Assembly: GCA_973895155.1 (NCBI GenBank)
Contig: OZ316897.1
Span: forward strand, 9,261,832-9,325,831
Direction of reading: 5' to 3'
DNA: 64,000 nucleotides
From: Marsupella aquatica
Lineage: Eukaryota > Plantae > Marchantiophyta
In this document: piece after piece, positions 25,280 to 39,200 of the stretch
How positions within the stretch are numbered: position 1 is the first letter of the stretch
Layout: each line of letters opens with the position of its first letter
The notes under the pieces: generated by a model
Told to the model about the DNA's origin: nothing
The model's database searches: none
Seen by the model: the letters and a program-made list of their open reading frames with translations, nothing else
Made by a program: the position numbers and the translations under genes

Positions 25280-26196
25280 GGAAAGATGATTTTGCAGAAA
25301 CTTGTACACTAATAGGCATTTCCGAAGGAATTATAGAATGAGAAAGCCATTGTTTTGGCAAATTCATGATGTAATTTGTTCTCAAGATGACTATTTCATC
25401 CAGAAATGAGATGCAACATGGGTTCTTGGGTTATCATCAATTCAAAAGTTCACTAAAGCTCTGCGGATGCTGTCAATGGGAGTCTCTATTGACACCTTGG
25501 ATGAGTATGTGCGTAAGAGAGCACTGCCATATATGAAGTCAATGAAGCATTTATGTGCTGCCATCCAAGCTGTGTTCGAGATGCAGTACCTCAGGCAACC
25601 CACAAAAGAGGATATGGAGCAACAATTTTGTGTCAATGAAGCTCGAGGATTCCTGGCTATGTTTGCTTCGCTTGATGGCATGCATAATGAGTGGAAGAAC
25701 TGCCCAGTGACTTTTCAAAGACTACTTACAAAAAAGAATGGTGACGAATCCATTGTCTTAGAGGCAATTGCAGACCAATCTCTCTGGATTTGGCATGCAT
25801 ACTTGGGTTCAGGCTTTGGCTTACCACGGGGAAATAATGACTTGAATGTCTTGGATCGTTCTCCCTTGGCCAATAATTTCATGAGAAGCAAAGCTGATTA
25901 GGTTGGGTTCATTGTGAATGGACATCACTATTCCAGGTACTACTTGCTCACAGGTTCCATCTATCCAGATTGGTCAACATTCATTTCCACAATCTTATTG
26001 CCACAAGGGAATGCTCGAAAGTGGTTTGAAAAATGCCAAGAGGGTGCAAGGAAGGATGTTGAGCGAGCCTTTGGTGTCCTTCAAGAGCGGTTTGCAATTG
26101 TGAGAAACCCTATGCCGATGCATCATCAAGACAAAATCAAGGATGTGTTGTTAGCTTGTGACATTACTACACAACATGATAGTTGAAGACGAGAGG
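25280..26196 (+). pseudogene. PIF/Harbinger DDE transposase, decayed and inverted relative to its own C-terminus
   Basis: LGLSSIQKFTKALRML..DTLDEYVR..YLRQPT..RGFLAMFASLDGMHNEWKNCP..IVLEAIAD..LWIWHA..GNNDLNVLDRSP..QEGARKDVERAFGVLQERFAI..LHNMIVEDE, with stops and frameshifts. Confidence 0.92.
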
Positions 26197-28347
26197 CCAA
26201 TCATTCTTACACTCATTATGCATGCCATCAAGCCAAGCAAACATAGCCAGGAATCCTCGAGCTTCATTGACACAAAATTGTTGCTCCATATCCTCTTTTG
26301 TGAGTTGGGTTGTCTGAGGTACTGCATCTCGAACTCAGCTCCATTCTATCCAACTACGCAACCCCCAACCCCTCCCCGCCCGGCCCGGCCCGGCCCGCGC
26401 TGTCCTTTATTTACGGTACTCTCTTCGCGTACCCTACATACGTGGCGCATCGTCACTCCCGGGTCGGGAGGCGTGAAACGCGACTCGCAGAAGAGACGAG
26501 AAGAGAAGAGAAGAGAAGAGAGAGGGAACGGAATCGAATTGGGGTAGCTTTTGCCGATTCGCCGAACATTTGTCGTTCCGGAAGGTAGACGAGTGGAGGA
26601 CCAAGTCAGTCTCGACTCTCGACTCGCGCTCTTGTACGAGCGACGAGCTTGACCATCGTGTGTGCACTGCTCGTCTGCGCTCTACTCTACTCATCCGCTC
26701 TGCTCTTGTTTTTCCCGTTCCTAGATAGATTTTGCGGCAATCGAGTGGGCCTCCTGCTGCGGGACGACGGGCTCGCGGCAGAGTACTGTGCTCCGCTGTG
26801 CTTTGCTCGTTTTTGGCTGTGCTGTGGACGTGTTGTGTGTTGTACTATTGGGAGCCGCTCGCATTGCTGCACGACGACGACGACGACGCTTTTGGTATCT
26901 TCGGGCCTTCGTCTTCTTGTTCTGGTTGATTTGCATTCAGTATGGTAGCTGCGTTGTGCGTCGTTCCGCGGCATTGGGGAGGGAGAGGAGCCGGGCAATT
27001 GTTTTACCCAATTCGGCGTAATTGCTGTGGGACCTGAGTGTGTGAATTGTATTGTTTGGTGGAGTCGAGTCGTGGAGGAGATGGTTTCCTGCTGGCTAAC
27101 GAGACCTCGCTTTGCGGAATCAACGCGCTGTTGTCGTTGCACTTCGCGGATGGTCGTCAGGGGCCAATTCGGCTTTGGTTCTCCGTTTGGGCTGTAGTTT
27201 TGCTCTCTCCAGGAGCTGATGCATTGTGAGAGACCATTGCTGTTTAGCTCAATTATGCGCTAGGTGAGAGCTCCAATTTGTGGAAACGGAGCATCTCAGT
27301 GGTGCGGAAACCCTCAGTGCTGCCAATTTGTTGAAATCGTAAGGCGGTAGAAGATCATCTTTCAACAAGGGCCCGATGAAAATCGTCCCGTGCCTCAGTG
27401 GATATCACGAAAAATGTCTCTAATTCCTGTCGCCTTTCTCCAGCTTCCTGAGATACTCTCATCTCCTTCCTGATGTCCATCCAACCTTACGATGGATCTG
27501 CTTCCTCTCTCACGGCACGCTCGTAAGGATTCTTCAGAATTTTGGGTAAGAATATATTCCCACTCTGTTAACTGTAGGCACGATAGCTAACGCCATCGAA
27601 TTTTGGATGCATTGGAGCAATCGTTTCTTTGTCTTATGCAAACCATATCTCGCGGTCTACCCCTCATCCACTCGAAGATTTGTTCTCCGCCAATTCACGA
27701 GTCTAAATCCCAGACCCTTAGTTGCAGACGACTTTCGCCTGGGTCCCTGAATTTCCATTATGAGCATGCCGTTGACTGTGCAGCTCTGCGTCCATCGTTG
27801 AGTATCATGCCATATATAGATCACCTACATTGACTCCAAGCAAGCCTTAAACCCTATCGTAGTCTATCTTTGAGAACCTTCTTCAAATATTGCTGTATAG
27901 CGTCGAAATTTTTGCTTCGACATCCGTTCAGTGTCCGCGACAGCGAGGTTGTTTTGCAGATTTTGCATCCTCTGTAGTCATTTTTCGGATTTCAGAAGTA
28001 GCGGAGCTTTGTCGGCGGTTTTTTTCGTTTATCTGGAAATGTACATTGTGCTTCGCAGTTGTTCAATCACTAGCAGCACCTGGAATTTCGTCCGCGTTTG
28101 TTGGGTTCGTTGGGACAGGGTCTTGGTTTTCATCAGTGAACTGTTGTTCGTGCTTTGGTAGGACAGGACTTAAGATCGTCACAGCCTGACAAGCAGCCGG
28201 CTCGTTTTGGATCTTGATAGGAAAATTCCACGGGCATAGTCCAGGAGTGGCGTTGGTGGTTATCTGAGGAGAAAATGAGACCGGAAGAATGATTCCTTAT
28301 CATCGACGGGCCGTTCTGGTTTCTGGATCCCCGCTGAATAGACTCTG

Positions 28348-31300
28348 ATGCCTGGACATATGGGCGACCCTGTGCCTGGACATATGGGCGACCCTGAAGC
28401 CGGGCCACTGCCAAGCGGCCTAGTCCCTTCACAAGCCGCCGCATACGCAGATTCGTTTGCCAAATCGCGATCTATTGACAATACGCGTTGGCAAAAGGCG
28501 GAGCAACGCACGGAAGAACTCATTAAGAGGATTCAAGGGACACCATCCTCCGAAACACGTAGAAAGGAAGTTACAAATTATGTGGTGTTCTTGATCCGCA
28601 CTTGCTTTGATTGTCAGGTTTGTTTTCTTGGCTTACTGAGTCAAGCTCACGATCAGTATAATAAGGAGTAGGATGTGTTGTTTTTCTGGCTTGCCTGTGC
28701 TAAATTAGTGCAGGTGACGATCTCCTCGCTGGACGGCTAAGTTGACTTCTACTGTGTTGTGAACTTACAGAATAGAGCATGTTTTTTTGGACACTGTTAA
28801 CTCCAGCTTTTGATGTTGCAGGTGTATCCTTTCGGTTCAGTTCCGCTCAAAACCTATCTTCCGGATGGTGACATTGATTTAACAATTGTGAGTCGAGATC
28901 CTGCTTTAAAGGATACGTGGTACAAAAAGGTTCGAAAAAGGTTAGAGGAAGCAGAACGAAACCAAGATGGAAAGTTCCGACTCAAAGAGATTCAGTATAT
29001 AGACGCCGAGGTTGGTTTCGCGACTCTGTTCGTGCTCTTGTTTACAATCTATTAGTGTGGAGTTCTATAGCTTTTCTTTTTGGACACTAAATATCTAGCC
29101 GATTTTTAGTGATCTGGGCCTGTTTGGAAGACATGAATTGATTCTGAATCTGTTCGACTTCTGAGACAAATGTCACATCTTCTCCGCCTTCTTGCACTTT
29201 GTGGATTTCAAGGGACAACTGATTAGGCTACTTTGCTCCCTTTGTAGGTCAAACTTATCAAGTGCCATGTGGAGAATATTGTCTTGGATATCTCCTTCAA
29301 CCAGTTCGGCGGGTTGTGTACGTTTTGTTTCCTTGAGGAGGTAAGGTTCATTGCCAAGTAGACAACTCTGCCTTCCCTAGAGGGTCTTTAAAAGGCCAGG
29401 TGGGAAGAGGAAATGCAAAGTAGCTGATGCAGTTTAGCATTTAGAGGCTTAGCGCTGATTTCTTGAAGTACAACGAGCTACATACCAATACCCTGTTGTC
29501 AATTCATTTTATATGTACTTACACTTGAAAGTTTTCTCAGGTTGATCGATGGATTGGCAAGTACCATTTTTTCAAGCAGAGCGTAATTCTTATCAAAGCC
29601 TGGTGTTATTATGACATTATGATCCTTGGTGCTCACCATGCTCTCATTTCAACTTATGCCTTGGAGACGCTGGTTCTGTACATTTTCCATGTGTTCCACC
29701 TGACACTGCGAGGACCCTTAGAGGTATGCTGGGTGTTGCCAGAGTATTCGAATCCTTCTAAATTCTAAAATCTGTATTCTTCTTGAGGGTGACATTACCA
29801 AATAATCTTTTGAGTTCATTTTCTGAAAAGTACCACAGTTCTGGGAATCAACAACCTCCGAAATGAATAGCGTCAGATACCAAGCTACTTGCAAGTAATA
29901 ACTTGAAGTTTACCAATTTTAGCATTTGTTTATGCTTAACAGGTCCTGCTGAGGTTCCTCCAGTTCTTCAGCAAGTTTGACTGGCAGAAATATGCTGTCA
30001 GTGTCCGGGGACCTGTTCTCCTTTCGTCACTGCCTGAAATTGTCGGTATGTATTTACGTCTGTTCCTTATATTAACGCATGGCCTTTTGAATTTCTGGGC
30101 ATGTACAGTATGTCATTCTTAAGTGCGATCACATTACTCATGAAAACTGCAGCGCAGACTCTAATCAAAGCATGATGCATATTTCTACTTATGTACAGAG
30201 AAATCTCCAAGAAGAGATGGTGGGGAGCTGCTACTCAGCAAGGAATTTCTTGATGCTTGCGTGCAAGAATATGGTGTCGGTCCCGGAAGCAGTCAAGGAC
30301 GAGCTTTCACTGCGAAACATCTGAATGTCGTGGATCCTTTACGCGCTGGCAATAACCTTGGACGCAGTGTCAATCGAAGTAGGTGGACAATTATTCCATG
30401 TTTAAGATGTGACTGAAATTTCGCTCACTCCGAGAGCACCTGGATTTTTATTATGCACTTATCAGCAGATTTAGGCGAAACTGGTTCATGACCGAATTCT
30501 TTGATGGGTGTCGGGTTTGCCGAAACGTCCCAGATATTATTACTTCAAATTCATTGGCATGTATCTTGACCAGTTCTTTGTCTTGACAGCAAATTTCAGT
30601 CGAATCATTTCTGCTTTCGACAAGAAAGCGGAAATTCTGCTCCAGGTATTGCTTGACCCAAGCAAAGATATTGATGAATATTTTGAAGACAAGAAGGCTG
30701 GTTTCTTTAAGAGAACACAAAACAGGCTCGATCAGTTTGAAGAGAAACGTCCTGATGCTGCTTCCAATGGAAGAGTCCAATTTGCAACAACTGGGTATGA
30801 GGGTTTACATTATCATATTTACCATAATGGATTGTCGAGAGGAAACCTTGACAACGGTCATTCTAGTCAATCATTCCTCGCTGAAACAAACAATGTGGAG
30901 TCCAATTCGTCAAATGCAGGTAGTGACACAACAGTGATAGGAAGAGTATCGCAAGAGTCGATGGTGGACGGTGCTGTGTTAGCCGCCGTTGTGCCCAATT
31001 CTTCTTCTGTGCCCGAGTCCAGTGATGTTTCAGCGTTGTCTGATGGGCAAAGAAGTTTTTCTAAAGGTGATGCAGCTGCAAAACCGTCTGGGCTCCTGAC
31101 GAAGTCTAGCCTGGATTCTGTGAATGGAATCTCTGAGAAATCTTCAAAGGCAAATAAGCAGCAGGATGATGCAAGAGGCTCGTTTGGCAGCTCTTCTCAA
31201 AGCAGTGATTTAGAATCCTCAGTCGATGACGATGCTTGGAGAGCGTCAGTTGCAAATCGCAGCAGCTCTGCTCAGACCAACTTCGACAACAATGGAGCTT

Positions 31301-34300
31301 TGGTCAGTAGCAGTGATTCGCCTTCATCAGAATCTTCACGAGGGAGTGTAAATATTTCCTCCGAAGGACCAGTGCTCGCAAAACGAATCAGTCCAAATCA
31401 CAGCACAGAATCAGACGTTTCTCGTAGAAGTACTTCGGTTGGAGACCAGGCCTATGTGGCCACGAATGGATTTTTGGATGCTCAGGGATATGCACAACAG
31501 AGAGGGCAGGATTCTGTATCTAGGGGACCCCTTCCTCTTCCCGTTTCAGTCACTCCAAGTCACTCGATGCATTTGGCAACTTCAATGGGAGTCTCTCCAA
31601 CCATGACCCTGGCTGGTCCCATCCCTTCTTTCGGCTTACATGTTAGTAATATAGGTGAGTCACCTTCAGGGATTAGTTCCCGCATAGGTCCATATTATAC
31701 GATGCTTCCGCGCGGACCTCCTGTTCCACCGTTACCCCCTCGATTTTTTCATGGATCTCCTTTGGTGCATCATCTTTCGACAATGGGAGAGATTCCAAGC
31801 GTTGCTGGTAGGATACCGACTTCCTATCCTGTTCAGCAAGGAGACGAGCAGAGTTTCGAGCACCACCACCAGTTCTGGCCGCAAATGGAGCAGATGCAGC
31901 TACATGGCCATGCATATTTTCGGCCAATACCCACGATGAATGCAGCAGTTCCCTTGCCTCAATTCCTGAATTCTGAAAGTTCTATGGCAATTGCATCCGC
32001 TCCTGCTGCTGTTAGGTCTGGCTCACTTCATGTTCCTGTCAACTTACCAGCACCACGACCCTTTGCGCTCAGTTCAACGGGCAATGGAGGTAGCACTATC
32101 CTGGAGTCTGCGGCAGTGACAAATCACGTAGTACCTGAAGATGTACCTCAGGATGAAAATGGAATATATTTGCCAGATCATGGAGAGATGGCAAATGCTA
32201 ATACAGCAAGCGATAATTCTCACATTGGGCTAGAAACAGGAACGCGAGCGATCAAGAATCCAAAGTCTGGTAAGGAAAAAAGGTTGCCGAAAGATAAGAG
32301 GACAAGCAATGACGACGATGTTGGAGGTTCTGATGTGGGGATGCCATCGTCTTCAGGTGAAGAAAGCTCTGGCCATCTGCCCAATCAAGCGCAGGTGAGG
32401 CAAGGTCACCAACAGCATTTATCTGTGCCAGGACCTACATTGGGGCCATATGTTTATCCACACCTGGTTTCCTCTTCTCTTCCTCAAGGAACTGGGTCAG
32501 TGGTTTCAGATTTTTCTCCTTATCCTCCTCCGATGGTGCTAGCTCCTAAAACCATTGTTGGACATACTTCCATTCCTTCTCAAACCCCCATTCAAACACC
32601 CTCGTTGGCTGTAGGTATTGCAAGTAGCTCATCCAATTCTTCATGGCCACCTGTTACTGAGCTAGCGAATGGAGCAACTAACTACCCTACGAAACAAAGA
32701 CAGAGATCTACAGAGAGTGGACCTCTTCCTCCAAGTGTTTATTTTCCGGCAGGAAACCCTTACCTTTCTATGTATAATACTGCGAATGCAAATTGGGGCT
32801 TTGTGGTGCCCCCAAGTGCGGACCAAACATATAGTGGCCCGGACTTATTTAGTGGAATGTATGTAAGCAAACCCTTCGACAGTTACATCGATTTAAGTAC
32901 AGGTCAAGGTGATGACTCGAGATTGAGATTTTCCCAGCAAGTGCAAGTTCGTGCTGGGGTCGGTGAAAGGCTCAGGCCCGCAGAAGTCGCTACTTCTATT
33001 TCTGGTTCAGAGGTGACTGCAACAGACGAAAGATCTTCTGATACAATGGATTCCAATTTTTTTAGTAGTGATCTTCTTAGAGGTGACTTAAATGAAAACC
33101 TGCGCAATTTAGATTATGCCCGATGGTGTCAGAATTCACGCGTTCCAGTACTTGTGTCACCGAGTACGGGTCAGTCTCCGAGATATCCATGGGAAGGCCC
33201 AGGAAGACCTTTGGCTCCTAATGCATTATGGAATTATGGACATGGAGTTGTCCAGGGACCTTCATCTGGTGCCTCTCGAATCACTGGTTTTCAACATGCT
33301 TTTCCTGGTCCAGGCAGTTACACTAGCGAGGAGATTCCCAAATCTCATGGAGGAACTGGCACTTACTTACCACACCCGGTAAATGTTATCCTCAACCATT
33401 TCTTATGTCTCTTCGCTGTTGTGCTATGTCTAATTCACTGATGATCGATGCTGTCAGATTTAATGATTAATGACAATGTCCTATTTGTTGGTTTTCAGAG
33501 GCCTCATTTTATCCGAGACAGGCAATCCTCAGGGAATGGTAGGAATCAACATGGAAGTTACAGTCAAGATAAAGGTGACAGGGTTGATCGTGATGCGAAC
33601 CAAGGACATGGACCAAGACCTCGTGCAAATGGACGAGGACAGACCAAGTATGAGGCCCGACAGCAGAGTAATAATGTTGGTGTTGAAAGGAACAATGTCG
33701 ACCTCAGGGGTGTGGAGAGGAGTAGAGAGAGGGATAGTCACAAACAGAATGAGGGCCAACGAAGAAATCCAACTCAGTCCGGCACAGGAACTGCTTCTAA
33801 CTCACCAAGCATTGGAGTAACTCCAGTCACAACGCTGCCACATGCGCCTGCTGGACTTCCAGTAGAAATGTATACTGTACATAGCACAACAGGAAATTGC
33901 AATTCATCAACTTCTGGAACAGTTGAGGGAACCATACCTTCTGTTATGGCTACCAATCCATTGAAATTCGGATCAGTTGGTGAAGGTCAGGATGTGGCCA
34001 GAGAGGGGAAAAGTGAAGTGGACAACGGAGGTGGCCATACTTCTAATTTGCGGCCTCTTGAGCAAGGAAATGCTCAGACCTCACCAGGTTTAACTAGTTT
34101 GTCTTTAGCTTCGGGTGATGGGAGTTCACAAGGACCATCATCCCCAAAGCAAAGGTAATGTATACTCTCACCTGAATGAGTGCCTTCTAGATAAACCAGG
34201 TTTCCAATTGTTGCTGGCACACCTTTCAGCTGAAAATTTTGAGCAATTCTTTTGCTTTTGAACTTTACAGGCCATTGCCTTGGGTGCGTTTGGTCTTTGA

Positions 34301-35203
34301 TGCGTTCTGCCTTTCACATGTATGTTATGTTTGAGTCCGTTCCTGTTAAGTGTTCATGGATAGAACCCGTTCTCACATGTTGGAAATTTGGATCGTAATA
34401 ATAATTTGCATCTCTTAGCTGAATCAAGGAGGCTGGTGAATAGAATCAGCGAAGAGGATAGGAGCATCAGCGAAGCGAAGGGATTTTAGGTCTTAAGCGG
34501 AGGGATTTTTGGTCAAATTATGATTGTATGGCTAAATTATGATCATTTGTATTCTTTATTGGATACATGGGGGTAAAATCATGAACAGGTTGGGGATCTT
34601 CAAATTTGTATAATGGATAGGCATATTAAAAAGTTTGAAATTATTATAAATACCCGGAATATGCTTGTGTCTGTATTTTTCTTCACGGACAACAGACAAA
34701 GTGTTTAGATGCATGGACTGATCCACTCCATACTGATATGACACCTCACCCTTTTGTCAACTTGTGTGCGGGTATAAGATCTTAACGTCAATATTTAGTA
34801 GTGACAAAATATTTCGGAGCTTGATGATCGTCTGGCACTTATATACTGTTTTGTGAGCACTATATATACTGTCTTCTTCCTGTAGTCTTCTTATCTCTTC
34901 CCAGACAGTCAGGATATCAAAAGGCATAAAACAATTCTTAGATCATGTTCAAGCGGAGGGATTTTAGGTCTCTGATAACCGCACCAGTAGGAAATGTGGG
35001 ATCAGACTTGCACTTCCATGCAGCACAAACAACAATCACAGGGTCTCATCATGGCTTTGAAAGGTGGCTGACTGTCTTGGCTGGTGTTACGATGGTATTG
35101 AATAGTGGCTGACTATATCGGGTGGATTCTCAGAGTGGTGCAAGGCGCGTATCAACTAAAGGAAGAAGATTTCCCTCCTCTTTCTTTTCGTGGGCAGCAT
35201 TGA
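28348..35203 (+). CDS. Nucleotidyltransferase with PAP/OAS1 substrate-binding domain and long low-complexity C-terminus (plant non-canonical poly(A) polymerase-like family), 9 coding exons
   Basis: Exons 28348(or 28360/28384)-28617, 28822-29010, 29248-29340, 29541-29723, 29943-30045, 30199-30378, 30590-33378, 33499-34154, 35134-35203. Motifs: FGSVPLKTYLPDGDIDLT, DISFNQFGGLCT, LIKAWCYY, ISTYALETLVLYIF, DPLRAGNNLGRSV, GGTGTYLP, terminal YQLKEEDFPPL. Confidence 0.92.
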
Positions 35204-36012
35204 AGCAGTTCCTCAGGTTCAAACAGTGGCACTACTCCTGGTAGTCAATGTTTGTGCTCAGGGTATGCTGTTTGGACCTCCTTGATGGGGTATCTGTTAG
35301 CTAGGGAAGGTGTTCAAGCGCAGCTGTTTGAAGCAAATTGAGGTTAGTTATCTGCCTGCTGCATCATCTGGCCATCATGTTCCAAACTTTCAGCTGTGCA
35401 TCTTAATTCTCCAAGATGCTCATGAAGCCGCTCAATATGCTGGAATTCACCAAGTCTTCAATCTATTGAGACTTTCATATAGGCAGGATGTAAGCTGTCA
35501 AATGTATAGACATGGTTCGTCATGATGGGCCTTTTTACAAGTGACAAATCAGTAAAAGCACTCATTGAATGTGTGGACTTGGTTTTCAATGTCCTTGACC
35601 TTCTTGAATGACAACCTGCTTTTAAATTCTGTACGGTGTCTGAGGTGAGAAGCATTTAGTGGAAGCAAGAAGGGTGCCTCAGTGCGGGGGTAATAACTTG
35701 TAAGAAGAGTTTGTCTTCGGCTTTGCAGTGTGAGATGAAAGTCAATTTCCTTCGACTTGAGCTATTTTCATAGAAATTGAAAAATTCGTACAATCTGATT
35801 CATTATGAAAACAGAAACTGCTGAAGTATCTGTTTCTGGAAACTCGATGTAATTAAGTTCCGCATAGTCTCTGATCTCCACTATAAAAACGCGTACTGAG
35901 GTAGTAGACAAAAGAAACCAGAATCTGTTCGAACGTGTAAGGCTGTTGTATTAGTGTTCACACAAAGGGTAAGCAAAGACCAAAGCTTGTAAGTTCAGCG
36001 TTGTTGATTGCT

Positions 36013-36238
36013 CCTCTCCATGTTGAAGGAATTTCTCATTGTTTGTTGCATCCGACTGAGTCTTGATTTGAGACACTGGGAATGCTGAGACCTTATCATA
36101 GTGTTTTGCACTCAATGAAAAAAATTTCCTCTCCATGTTGAAGGAATTTCTCATTGTTTGGTTGCATCCGACTGATTCTTTATTTGAGACACTGGGAATG
36201 CTGAGACCTTATCATAGTGTTCTGCACTCAAAGAAAAA
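36013..36238. repeat. Tandem duplication, ~114-bp unit x2
   Basis: tcctctccatgttgaaggaatttctcattg...tgcactcaa occurs twice, near-identical. Confidence 0.9.
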
Positions 36239-39200
36239 TGGAGACGGTGGACACTTGGTCCCACACATTACTGAACCAAGTGTGAAGAGCTAAAAACTTC
36301 ATCAGAGAAAGCCTCTTCAGTAAAATCCGGTAGAAAGTGTGCACTTAAATGGCAGCTATATCTCCCAGGACGGCCTGTAGTTTGTTTGATTTATTTCCAT
36401 ATGCCATTCAAAGAAGTACCACTTAGCTTGGTCCTAAAGTAAGGACCTGGGGCCTCTCAAATTTGTCCCACACTTACATCTCATTCATCAATTTCACGAC
36501 TTGCGCTCTATATGCTTTCTACATTATCCGAACAATGAAATTTTAAAGGATGAACCAGAAAAGAAGAGGAGGATACCAAAAAAGTGTGTTTTAAAATCCC
36601 CTTCATTCTGGCCTTATGGTTCCCCCCCCCCCTGTGTGGTTTAAGTGGATTTTATTCAAAATTAAAAAGTTTCAGGCTTCTCCCCTCAAAATGAAAGTTC
36701 TCCCTTAAAATGAAAAATCCCTAAGGAGCGTATAGTTTAATAGACTTCAAACAATATACTACATAGTTAATGAGAAAGACCACACCTCTCTTTCCTTATC
36801 AGGAAAAAATTCACAGATCTCTCCTTTCCCACAGGGAAGTGTACAATTTTACAAACCACAGTCAGGTTTGCAACTTTTAAGCTGTTTAATTTTAGGCTCA
36901 AAGTCCAGCACCATTGGTAGTCATCATTCATTTGGAGTCTTCCACTTTGCTCTTTGCTTTTTATTTGTCACTGTTGTCCCCACAGCTTATCTATGTGTAC
37001 AAATCCAACCACAAGGTATAATGCGTTTAAATCAGTCAACTATGGTTCAATCCCTTCAACCTACCTGTAGTCTGCAATTTTGTTATTGTACTTTTGTGAA
37101 TAGTAGTCTTCAAATTAACTTTGGCTCTCCTTGTGTATGTCATTATCGTGTCTGGAAAAATTGGAAAATTATCTATCTCACTGCAACCAAGACTTTTTCA
37201 TATTTACTAGAAACACTTGAACCACAACTGCGCCTATAAAGAGCTATAGGTTACTTACCTCATTATAAAGTGCACTGATCCAGGAACGGGCTTGAGCTCC
37301 ACAGATGGTGGTGAGTGCTTTACCTTTTATGGTGAGACATTGTTCACCACAGGACGGGAAAGAGGAGTAGTGAGGGAGAGAATGGGACTTTTATATGTGG
37401 GCAGGTGTGGTTTAAGTACAAAGGGATCTTAGCATATCAGTCTATATAAGGAATGTTGGATGGATGAACTTATAAACAACAGTAGAACAATGGAAAGCTT
37501 CATAATTATATACACTCAAATTAATTGTCTTGTCTCAATTGATCCATTGGATTGTATTGTCCCATTTTCCTACTGATTGGTGAAGTCCTACTTTGCATGA
37601 CCTGAAAGTGTCTAAAGCCTGGTCTAAAGGTCTAACTTAGCTCAAAGCTAAGTTAAGGTATGAGGAACAAAACTTCCCCCTATCATTGGGAATTTAGAGG
37701 ATATTGAATATTGCATCCAACAGTTTCTTTTTATTTGGAGCTTCAATCCAATATTGTTTTGAAAACAAAAATTCATGTTTTGTAAAATGTTGAAGCCAGC
37801 TTTTGCAGCAAGAACATATTGACCTTGAGTTTGATTTCTTATTGTACCTGAATCTCACCTGATTGCAAGAGTTGGTTACACTTACTACTACAGTCTGTTT
37901 CTTAAATGTTCAAGATAATTGAAGGTTTCAAATCTTGGCTTAGAGCTGGACTCGGAGAATTCCTAAGTGGCAGTTAAAAAAACAAGCCTGCACCTTGTAG
38001 AATGGTGAGACCAATGAATGCTGTGAAAGCATGGTGGAAAGAAGATACATTGAACTTGAAGGAGATCACATCTAGCACTTGTACACCCTTGCCCATTGTT
38101 TCTGAACCTCAAGATGCTATATGTTAATTGAACAGAAAGAAAATGAGCTAGCATGGGTTGGGAAGAGGGACCAACCAAAATCTACAATGACATTTATATT
38201 AGAGGTCAATTCTTTTTGAAAATACAAACATGGATAGCTCCAAAGTATAGCTCAAATGAGCATAAAGAGACACACAAAACTAAAAGAAGTTCTTTCCCAA
38301 GTTTGAATTGGTTCTTATATTCTAATCATTAAAGAACATATTTTTCACAGGTTTTGAATAAACAACTCTTTTTACTCAAAGGTGATTGTAGCATTTGGAA
38401 ATTGCACTTCAGTCATGTCATATTGCAGATTCCACTTCAGTTTCTTGCCTTTGGGATGTTAGGAATTAACTTGAGTTCCCAGCTTTGGTTAGTTTGGCCT
38501 TACTGGGGTAATTAACCCTTGATTACATTAGGATAAGTTTCGCTTAGTTTAGGCCGACACATTTCGCCTCCCCTGGGGGGTATAGGTTGAAGAGAGAGCA
38601 TTTCTCTCTCATTCTTCACATGTACTCTCATATACTAAAGATCCTCCAGGAGCTTCTTCACTCATGGTGTCTTGTTGGTGTAGCATCTAATTGAGTATGC
38701 TCTCATGTTCCGCATTTGAATTTAGTCTGAGCCAACCATTCTTACATGGGATCCTGTTTTTTTCCTTTGTTTTCACCCTTTGTTTTTTACTTTTCCCAAA
38801 AAATATGATGTTGCAAAAGAATTCCAAAAAGGACAAACACCAAACACAAAAGAAGAGGCAAATGCAACCCCCAAACTAAGAAAGAGGAAATAGTACAAAG
38901 AGAAAAACGAGCTACCAGTCCAATAGTGTGATGAGCTAATGGTCCACATTGAGTGTTTTAACGCAATCTTCAAGTGGGACAGAGATGTTCTCTAAGGGGG
39001 AAGCTTCTGCAGAGGCACTCTAGCACCCATGGTGAGATATTGACGGTAGTTCCAGGGGGTAGATTGCTTGAGCTTGAGCATGTTGTAATGTCACTAAAAA
39101 GTTGCTGACAAACAAGGGTGATCAAAACAGATAGTGGTGGTCTGATGGGACCCACCCATCCATGAACGTCATGAACTCTCTGTCAATAAAACCTATCAAA

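Noticed and set aside
30508-30589. N-terminus of the 977-aa ORF-track call
   Set aside because: Intronic read-through. The exon starts at the acceptor ending 30589 and belongs to the nucleotidyltransferase gene.
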